A stretch of 27,442 bases of DNA from a virus (Duplodnaviria; Caudoviricetes). The first letter of the stretch is position 1. Every line of letters begins with the position of its first letter. Position numbers and translations under genes: made by a program. Where the stretch lies: IMG/VR virus record IMGVR_UViG_3300035164_000304, positions 1 through 27,442 of that record; one strand, 5' to 3'. Of this stretch, positions 20,161 to 26,565 are shown piece after piece. The notes beneath the pieces are model-generated. The model was not told the DNA's origin. It worked only from the letters and a program-made list of their open reading frames with translations, and made no database searches.

Positions 20161-20656
20161 CCTTTTTAGGCATAAGATATTGGTTATCAGTTCCCGCTAT
20201 CTTGAGTAATTCAGAATCGGGTAGTTTCTCTAGTTGTTCTACAGTTCTATCCAGATTAATGTTGATTTGTGTAGCATGCTCTGGAGCAAATAGACCGTGG
20301 AGCTTGCACAATGAATCGGTAATAACTTTTTCTTCTGTCGCTGTTGCAGACTTACGGTGCGCTTCCAAGTACATGCTTGTCGCTGTTTGTTTATCAAACT
20401 TAATTTCTTCTTTGAACTCTTCACGCATTTTAGCAACCATTTTTTGTACTGCTGGCTTCTTAAATACTTTATAGACATGCTCATTATCCCTATATCCAGC
20501 TGCGCGTCCCGCTGCAGCTTTCGACATGCCACGGAGATGAAAAAGAATTAGGCGCTCTTCTTGAACACTTAATTCATTAAGCTTGACATCAACATAGGGA
20601 TAATGAGACTGAAGCTCGGCCCTTTCTTGTTCAAAATTTTGGTCTTTATCAGTCAT
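20141..20656 (-). CDS. terS: Terminase small subunit (probable), 171 aa
   Basis: N-terminal HTH-like GMSKAAAGRAAGY, L.KLHGL motif and C-terminal LEKLPDSELLKIA; lies upstream of TerL. Confidence 0.7.
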   Translation of the reverse strand: MTDKDQNFEQERAELQSHYPYVDVKLNELSVQEERLILFHLRGMSKAAAGRAAGYRDNEHVYKVFKKPAVQKMVAKMREEFKEEIKFDKQTATSMYLEAHRKSATATEEKVITDSLCKLHGLFAPEHATQININLDRTVEQLEKLPDSELLKIAGTDNQYLMPKKDGEKKD

Positions 20657-21152
20657 TTTCTTTGAATTCTACTATATTTTTAGCCCACCAATAAAGCTCA
20701 TCTTCTTTTAATATGTGTTTCATAGCGTTAGCTCGGGCACAAACTAGTTGGATATTATGTGCTAAGTAATCAACATCCGGGTCTATTCGGTCAATAGAAG
20801 CATTCAAATCTCTCCTACCACTACCATCTTTATGATACGTCATAAACAAACCAGTCAATGCACACTTACCTTTTTGTTGATCCCACAACTCCAAAACATG
20901 TTCTAATTCAATCTCCCACTTAACTTTTGATTTTTCTTTTTTAGTTCTCGCGTGTTTAAGTTGGCCAAATAAACGAGTCAAATAGTTTTGTGGTGTTGCG
21001 CTAGCGTTCTTTTGTCTTACTGCATAAGTGCAAGGTTTACACTTTTTAGAATGAACTGTACCGCGGTCATTTTTAGCCACAAATTCTTCTAAAGGTAACT
21101 CCTTTTTGCAAGAAGTACATTTCCTCGTACTCATGCTTGCCCACTGTAGCAT
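20649..21152 (-). CDS. Zn-finger / HNH-like (beta-beta-alpha-Me) endonuclease, 167 aa
   Basis: CTSC...CKPC N-terminal Zn finger and CALTG...SIDRID...NIQLVC..AN.MK C-terminal motif. An alternative start is at 21134. Confidence 0.7.
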   Translation of the reverse strand: MLQWASMSTRKCTSCKKELPLEEFVAKNDRGTVHSKKCKPCTYAVRQKNASATPQNYLTRLFGQLKHARTKKEKSKVKWEIELEHVLELWDQQKGKCALTGLFMTYHKDGSGRRDLNASIDRIDPDVDYLAHNIQLVCARANAMKHILKEDELYWWAKNIVEFKEND

Positions 21153-21294
21153 AAATTTTTGCTAGAAAATTTTTTTGGTAAAATTTTTTTCTTTATCGCT
21201 CACACAGGGTCCTACTATCATCTATACCTGCCAGCCCCTTCCCCGATTCCGGTTTTGGAACCTTGTTTCTAGTTTTTCGTAGTTGGAACCTTGT
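21153..21294. repeat. Phased AAATTTTT x3 and TTGGAACCTTGT x2 in the divergence region
   Basis: AAATTTTT at 21153, 21167 and 21181 (14-bp period); TTGGAACCTTGT at 21255 and 21283. Confidence 0.7.
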
Positions 21295-21384
21295 CAGGTA
21301 CCTACTGGTTAGTTTTAACCTTGCGCTCCCCGCGCTGCGGTTAGAAGTCTAGTTCAAGTGGAGTGTAAATAAAGGAGATATCAT

Positions 21385-21927
21385 ATGATACATTTTGGAA
21401 ACATCTTCGCCGATGACAACATCGCCGGTCCTATCTTCGGTGAAGAGTACGAAACCCAACTGCTCAACGCAGTTAAATCTCTTCACTACCGAAGAGAGTT
21501 TGGACGCGGCGTTGCTTGGTTCGGCAAAGATGTAAACTACATCTACAGCGGACGATCGCACTACGCCAATCAGTGGCCTGATTGGTTAACACCAATTATC
21601 AGCCACTTCGGCTACCATGTCGATTACACTGAAACTAAACTAAGCAATGAGTGGAATCATTGCTTAGTTAATCACTACGCTCCCCACGAGCGTCTCGGTT
21701 GGCACCGGGACGACGAAGACTGCCTCGAAGGTAGCCTTCTATCAATCTCCCTCGGGGGGACTGGCGAGTTTAGTTACACCACCAATCGTAACGCTTTCGG
21801 CAATACGATTTGTCTCTCTCACGGAGACTACATCATTGCCGATGGCGATTGGTGGCGCACTAACTGGCACATGGCTAAGAACTGGAGCGAAGACCGCTTC
21901 AATCTTACCTTCAGGCGAGTCAAATAA
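21385..21927 (+). CDS. AlkB-family 2OG-Fe(II) dioxygenase, 180 aa
   Basis: YIYSG, CLVNHY, GWHRDDE (HxD), SISLGG, LSHGD, distal His (NWHMA) and RFNLTFR (RxxxxxR); AAGGAG RBS. Confidence 0.9.
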   Translation: MIHFGNIFADDNIAGPIFGEEYETQLLNAVKSLHYRREFGRGVAWFGKDVNYIYSGRSHYANQWPDWLTPIISHFGYHVDYTETKLSNEWNHCLVNHYAPHERLGWHRDDEDCLEGSLLSISLGGTGEFSYTTNRNAFGNTICLSHGDYIIADGDWWRTNWHMAKNWSEDRFNLTFRRVK

Positions 21928-22037
21928 TGACTCGCCTTCCGGTCTCCGATAAGGACATGGCTAAAGCCATGGCATCAGGTGTTGGCTACAACGCTCACGC
22001 GTTGCACCACAACTTTGAGCGCATACATTTGTTTTAG
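21927..22037 (+). CDS. Small hypothetical protein, 36 aa (MTRLPVSDKDMAK...)
   Basis: TAATG stop/start overlap with the AlkB-like gene; below the track cutoff. Confidence 0.45.
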   Translation: MTRLPVSDKDMAKAMASGVGYNAHALHHNFERIHLF

Positions 22038-22219
22038 ACTAACCTCCAGCAAAAATTAAACTGCAATGCACAGCATTGTCGGGTTCGCCGCAGGCGACCG
22101 CGCGATTGCGCTACCCTCAGTTTAATTTGTAGCTTACGGTTAGTACTATCATGCGCTTACTCTGTTCGCGTCACTACTGACGCGCACTTTCACTTGGCCG
22201 CTCCGCGTCCGGCGTGTAG

Positions 22220-22240
22220 AGCCGAACTCGTTCGGCTTTT
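22220..22240 (+). terminator. Possible rho-independent terminator
   Basis: AGCCGAA-CTCG-TTCGGCT followed by TTT, immediately before the TCTAGTTTAA box. Confidence 0.45.
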
Positions 22241-22287
22241 AAAGTCTAGTTTAAATGGAGTGTAATTAACTTTTTATGGAGATTAAA

Positions 22288-22668
22288 ATGTTTATCTATA
22301 AAACTCAGTTTGGAGAAGAATACATCTGTGAGTGTGTTGTTTCTCAGTATCGCGAGAGCGGTGCATTTGCTCTTCAGTTGATTGGCGCTGAAGACTCGCC
22401 TTATGAAGGTGAACCCATAGCCATGGCTACAGTAAACCTACCACACCTAAATGTAGGTCTTACTGATGGTGAACGAGTCCTCACCTTCATAAAGGACTGG
22501 TCAGAAAACCAAGGCATCTTGGACCAGCTTGTCGAACAAAATCTTGTTCAACGAGTCTGTCGCCACGGCGAACCTGTTAGAGTCCCAACAGGGTATGTCC
22601 AAGCTGACTTGGTTGAAGTTATCTGCCCTACCATGGTCGATGACTTCAAGGAACTATCATCTAGGTAG
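22288..22668 (+). CDS. Hypothetical protein (DUF4313-like), 126 aa
   Basis: GGAG RBS before ATG 22288; PIA.ATVNL...FIKDWSEN.GI...L...PTGYV pattern. Confidence 0.7.
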   Translation: MFIYKTQFGEEYICECVVSQYRESGAFALQLIGAEDSPYEGEPIAMATVNLPHLNVGLTDGERVLTFIKDWSENQGILDQLVEQNLVQRVCRHGEPVRVPTGYVQADLVEVICPTMVDDFKELSSR

Positions 22669-22772
22669 TTCCTCGTTGGCGGATAGTCACAGCTATTCGC
22701 CGGCTCGGCGCTCCGCGCCTCGCGGCAAGGAAATCTAGTTTAAGGTAAGTAAATATAAATAAAGGAGATATT

Positions 22773-23075
22773 ATGGAAAAATGTTATGTATGTAGAGATG
22801 AAGTGGTTAATGGAGAAGAGATTTGCATTGGCCCCGCAGAGCATCTAAGTGAAGATGTTGTAGTATGTATGAATTGTAAGCTTGATTGGCTTGAAGGAAT
22901 ACAGAAAGACAGATGTTGGCTTGGATGTGATAAAGAAGGTGTTGAAAGGTTGACCTTTGGTTATGAGTCAGGTGGTCAGGCTTTTGATGAAGAAGCCTTT
23001 GTTTGTGAAGATTGTGTTAACGAGCTTGGCAGAGAAGGATGTATTGAAGAAATTAGGAGAGAGTATTATGTTTAG
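22773..23075 (+). CDS. Acidic Cys-rich protein with probably two Zn fingers, 100 aa
   Basis: CYVC, CMNC, CWLGC and CEDC; AAGGAG RBS. Confidence 0.75.
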   Translation: MEKCYVCRDEVVNGEEICIGPAEHLSEDVVVCMNCKLDWLEGIQKDRCWLGCDKEGVERLTFGYESGGQAFDEEAFVCEDCVNELGREGCIEEIRREYYV

Positions 23076-23301
23076 TAAAATATATGTTAGCTTTTTAGCT
23101 ATGGGTTTCCTATCGTTTTTAACGATAGGATTAACCCACGGATACTTAGTATTCAATGGTGTTGGTTATATCTCCCTTGGCGATGTCGTGGTCATGGTGG
23201 CTAACGGCTTCGCCTCAGGGTGTTGTTTGTGTCTGTGGATATTCCACGACCCAACTGTGTACTACGCAGTCGAGCCCGAAAGGGTTTCGGCTTCGTGGTA
23301 A
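23068..23301 (+). CDS. Small membrane protein with two hydrophobic helices, 77 aa
   Basis: AGGAG RBS before ATG 23068 (MFSKIYVSFLAMG...); overlaps the upstream stop. Confidence 0.65.
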   Translation: MFSKIYVSFLAMGFLSFLTIGLTHGYLVFNGVGYISLGDVVVMVANGFASGCCLCLWIFHDPTVYYAVEPERVSASW

Positions 23302-23556
23302 TCACTGATCGGGGTGTGCGTGGTGTGCGTGGTGTGCCTAACTACTATCATGTGTGCCGTCGGAGTGTGCCCACCTACTATCATCTTTTTGTTGGGGACC
23401 CCCCACCCCAACGCGCTCGCGCTTCCAGCGCTCGCGGATCTTCGCTCCTTACCAGTCGCTCAGTAGGGAAATCGGAGATTTCCAAATCTAGTTTAATTGA
23501 ATTGGTTGGGAAGTATTTTCCCTTTTTTTAAATATATATATTACACGGAGAATATC

Positions 23557-23778
23557 ATGAGTAGTATTGTACTAAAGGTTTGTAGACCCTATGAATCTAC
23601 CGACAAAGACGGGAATGTCGTTAAAGCAACTCGTTGGCCTTCCATTGGAAGAATTGTAACCCATGAGAATGGTAATCAGAACATCTATCTAGATTTCATG
23701 CCTGAAAAGTCTACTGACGGGCAAGGTTTTGAAACAATGTTCGCATTCAAGGAGCAAGGCAATGGGCAACAAAGCTAA
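23557..23778 (+). CDS. Small beta-rich phage protein, 73 aa (possible nucleic-acid binding)
   Basis: GGAG RBS before ATG 23557; K.TRW..IG......NG...IYLD..P pattern recalled from small phage proteins. Confidence 0.7.
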   Translation: MSSIVLKVCRPYESTDKDGNVVKATRWPSIGRIVTHENGNQNIYLDFMPEKSTDGQGFETMFAFKEQGNGQQS

Positions 23779-24085
23779 AGCTATAAAAGAGTCTGGTGGT
23801 CTAGTCGGTAGACTAATTGACCATACTCTTTATTGGGTTGGTTATCTTGGAGAGTCAGCAAATATACGGCTTGATAAAGCTAAAGACGCTAGACGCCATG
23901 GAGCCAATGCAAGAAGGCAAGACATTGTAGAAGTTGAAGAAACTTTTGACCCTAAGTCAGAGTTTTTAGACTCTCTCAAGTCTTGGATAGACAAACCCGA
24001 AAATCAAGGCAAAAGTATCCTTGATTATCAAGCTGAAGACCCTGACGGGCTCTTCGCTAAACTAAAAGGAGAGTCTCATGACTGA
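23762..24085 (+). CDS. Hypothetical protein, 107 aa
   Basis: AAGGAG upstream of ATG 23762; overlaps both neighbours. Confidence 0.65.
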   Translation: MGNKAKAIKESGGLVGRLIDHTLYWVGYLGESANIRLDKAKDARRHGANARRQDIVEVEETFDPKSEFLDSLKSWIDKPENQGKSILDYQAEDPDGLFAKLKGESHD

Positions 24086-24212
24086 GTTATTCTATACTCT
24101 TGGTTGTATGTTTTTTATTACAACCATCTCAGCCCAGTGTATGTTCATATACACTTGGTTGAGAATGCATTATGACTTTGAGTCGTACTTAAACGACGAC
24201 GACGAGAAGTAA
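24078..24212 (+). CDS. Small single-TM protein, 44 aa (MTELFYTLGCMFF...DDDEK)
   Basis: AAGGAG RBS, overlap with the upstream stop, and a terminator-like hairpin downstream; below the track cutoff. Confidence 0.6.
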   Translation: MTELFYTLGCMFFITTISAQCMFIYTWLRMHYDFESYLNDDDEK

Positions 24213-24221
24213 TTCTCCCCT

Positions 24222-24258
24222 AGGACAGAGCTACATAGGTAGTTCTGTCCTTCCTTTT
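24222..24258 (+). terminator. Terminator-like hairpin
   Basis: AGGACAGAGCTAC-ATAG-GTAGTTCTGTCCT (13 bp with one G-U) followed by TCCTTTT. Confidence 0.6.
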
Positions 24259-24469
24259 CGTTCTCCGCCCTGCGCTTCGCTAGCCCGGAACCCCAGCCGA
24301 CAAAGGTCACGACGCTGTCGTGGCCTTTCTTTGGCCAAAGCAGGGCTTTGGCAGGGGGTCTCGGTGTGCCAACTACTATCATCACACCTTAGGACTACTA
24401 TCATCGCGTAGCGATGTGGACTTCACGAGTAGTGGACCACTGTCTACGAGTCATTGACGAGTCTCCAAG

Positions 24470-24791
24470 GTGTACCGGGTGTACCACCAGTGTACCACCC
24501 GTTTTACAGCGTGCTGGTACACCTACATCCTTTATTTTTGCTGTGCTTTTTCCAAAAAAGCGCTAAGTGTACCGGGTGTACCACAGGATTTGCGTTAGCT
24601 TTAGTAATCGACCGTGGACCGTGGTTATAGAATCTTAGTTCGATTCGTTAAATAACCGGTACAAATGGTACACCTACCACGAAACCCTGCTAACGCGGGG
24701 CCTGCGGGTGTACCACCTGCTTTTTCTTCGTGGTACACCCAAGCGTGGATCTGTAAACAAATCAATAACTTAGGGTGTACCACGGTGTACC
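24470..24791. repeat. GTGTACC iteron-like cluster (11 copies) with IHF consensus; candidate replication origin
   Basis: Forward copies at 24470, 24479, 24490, 24567, 24576, 24708, 24775 and 24785; inverted copies at 24516, 24667 and 24732. AATCAATAACTTA at 24760-24772 matches WATCAANNNNTTR. Confidence 0.7.
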
Positions 24792-24859
24792 ACAAACGCG
24801 TCTTACCAGCCGCGTTTTATCAATCTAGTTCAATTAAGTGTAATTAATGGAGAAATATT

Positions 24860-24991
24860 ATGAATGAATTAATGAAACATTTGGATGAAATGAAGACTGT
24901 AAATAAATTTACAGAATCTGATTATGAAATCGAATGCAAAATTAATGAAGAGTTAGCTCGTATGAAAGCTGGCTCAAATACAAATAGGTAG
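24860..24991 (+). CDS. Small hypothetical protein, 43 aa (MNELMKHLDEMK...)
   Basis: GGAG RBS directly after a TCTAGTTCAA box; below the track cutoff. Confidence 0.6.
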   Translation: MNELMKHLDEMKTVNKFTESDYEIECKINEELARMKAGSNTNR

Positions 24992-25073
24992 TCAATTACG
25001 GTATCTATTTGCAGGTTGCATTTATGAAGGTAAATGCGTTTTATAAATCACTTTACTATATATAGGAGTTATT

Positions 25074-25820
25074 ATGAGTGAACATTTTGACCCAAGTGAG
25101 CAAGAAACTAAAGAGCTCTTGCCCAAAACTGAGTCTGACATGAGTGACTACACAGAAGACACCATTGCAGATTCTGAAGGTGCAGAACAGCGTTCTGTGA
25201 AAGCATCAATCAGCCTACCTGACTTTTTTCATGTCAACTACAGGCTAGATGACACTGGTAACCCAACATTCAAAGATGATGTGGTTGCTAAAATCATGGC
25301 TATCTTTGACCAAAAGATTGATACCAAACCAACTTTTGCAGAAAAAGAAGGCTATGCACCAGTAGATGAGCAAGTAGCTCAGTTTGAAGAATCAGTCGAC
25401 AACATTGTTGTTGGTATTCAAGAACTGACTATTGTTGACCCACAGTCAACTGGCTTGTCTTTCTTGCAACTATGCACCAGAACATGGGCAGAGTTTGCAA
25501 GCATCTCTTACGATTATCAAACAGCTATGGCTAAAGCAGGCGATGAAATCCCTGACTGGTTGCTCGAGCGTGAACAAAAGATGTTCGACCTTGGTCGTAA
25601 GGCAAGAATGATGTCTATGGCTCTCAAAGCACTAGACCATTCGTTTGGCTTGAAAGAAGTTTCAATCCAAAGAAACAGAGTTCAATCAGCAGTTGAGCAA
25701 AGATTGCAAAGACTTGCTGAATGGAATTTCAAACAGTATGCAGATACTTCTGGTAAAACAGCACAAAAACTTAATGGTGCGACCAAAGAACATATGCAAA
25801 CTATGTTTGATAACGCGTAA
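25074..25820 (+). CDS. Hypothetical helical protein, 248 aa
   Basis: AGGAG RBS and long ORF; no family recognised. Confidence 0.8.
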   Translation: MSEHFDPSEQETKELLPKTESDMSDYTEDTIADSEGAEQRSVKASISLPDFFHVNYRLDDTGNPTFKDDVVAKIMAIFDQKIDTKPTFAEKEGYAPVDEQVAQFEESVDNIVVGIQELTIVDPQSTGLSFLQLCTRTWAEFASISYDYQTAMAKAGDEIPDWLLEREQKMFDLGRKARMMSMALKALDHSFGLKEVSIQRNRVQSAVEQRLQRLAEWNFKQYADTSGKTAQKLNGATKEHMQTMFDNA

Positions 25821-25875
25821 GCGTTACAAAGTCCTAGCTAGTCTTATCATTGTCTGAACGATTCGTCCTAGCTAG

Positions 25876-26070
25876 GCACAGAATTCGACTCTAAAGTTGT
25901 AAAAGTCGAGTCCTGAAAGAGTGAGTCGAACAGTTCTCGCTCACATTGAACTGCCAAAATGCTCTTCAGGATTCGCACAGAATTCGGCTCATTTATCCAC
26001 AAGTCGAAGTCTAAGTAGGGAGCCGAATAGGTCCAAATATACCTTTTCATAACTACTTAGGCTTCGCATA
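25876..26070 (+). ncRNA. Candidate structured RNA: two tandem H-type pseudoknots
   Basis: Two units of about 95 nt begin with GCACAGAATTCG and share the same pairing topology with compensatory changes; G-U pairs favour the plus strand. Confidence 0.55.
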
Positions 26071-26085
26071 AACATAGGAGAAAAT

Positions 26086-26241
26086 ATGCATCGTAGCAAT
26101 CTACCAAGACCTTTTCGCAAAGGCGCAAGAACTGGCGACCGCAAGGTTATTTCATCAACCATAGTCAACGGTAAGACTGTGCAACAACAAGTTGTTTACT
26201 GTGCTAACGGCCAGTCAATTACCCGACACGAAAAGAAGTAG
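26086..26241 (+). CDS. Small basic protein, 51 aa (MHRSNLPRPFRKG...)
   Basis: AGGAG RBS 5 nt upstream; below the track cutoff. Confidence 0.6.
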   Translation: MHRSNLPRPFRKGARTGDRKVISSTIVNGKTVQQQVVYCANGQSITRHEKK

Positions 26242-26565
26242 TTTTTTTGTGTGTGCCGTGCTCGTACAAACTAAATCTCGGCGATGCCCGCGCCAAAGCT
26301 CCGCTTTGTCAGCTACATCGCCTCGACGCTTCCGGCCATCCTTTGGGCACCGCACTGCGTGCGTGCCGTCGGATGCCTTCAGCGGTTTGTACCTTCGCCC
26401 GCTCGTGGGCCGTGGACTTCGCAAAAAATACGCCGACACGAACGGCGTATCTTTTTGCTGAACTTGTGCGACAAGTTAGTAAACAAAATTTAATTAAGTA
26501 TTTCGCTCGGTGCAAATCTGAGATTTGCACCCTCGCGGAGAGTATTTATATGTAGGAGTAAAATT

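Larger units (their letters stand above)
21348..24833 (+). promoter_or_regulatory. Dispersed TCTAGTTYAA box, five copies upstream of early genes
   Basis: Copies at 21348, 22245, 22734, 23487 and 24824, each upstream of an RBS and ATG; three extend to ..AGTGTAA. Confidence 0.7.

Noticed and set aside
1235-20551. Plus-strand ORFs of the track across the virion operon, plus nested minus-strand ORFs 15853-16074 and 20239-20532
   Set aside because: They are antisense or off-frame shadows of long genes with recognisable motifs, and have implausible composition.
22037-22145. Integron attC site (GACTAAC...GTTAGTA after a stop codon)
   Set aside because: The ends only partly match RYYYAAC/GTTRRRY, other intergenic regions lack equivalent sites, and no integrase is in the window.
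23313-24791. CRISPR array
   Set aside because: The repeats are only 7-11 bp, irregularly spaced and in mixed orientation; no cas genes are present.
25876-26070. HDV-like or hammerhead ribozyme assignment for the pseudoknots
   Set aside because: There is no P3/L3 between P2 and the 3' strand of P1, and no CUGANGA core with a downstream GAAA.
22038-26538. tRNA genes among the branched folds
   Set aside because: No cloverleaf with a T-loop GTTCRA and a 7-nt anticodon loop was found; the loops are mostly 3-4 nt.
26192-26555. Five overlapping ORFs on both strands
   Set aside because: They arise from GC-rich palindromic sequence with few stops, have no clear RBS, and the region is better explained as structured non-coding DNA.
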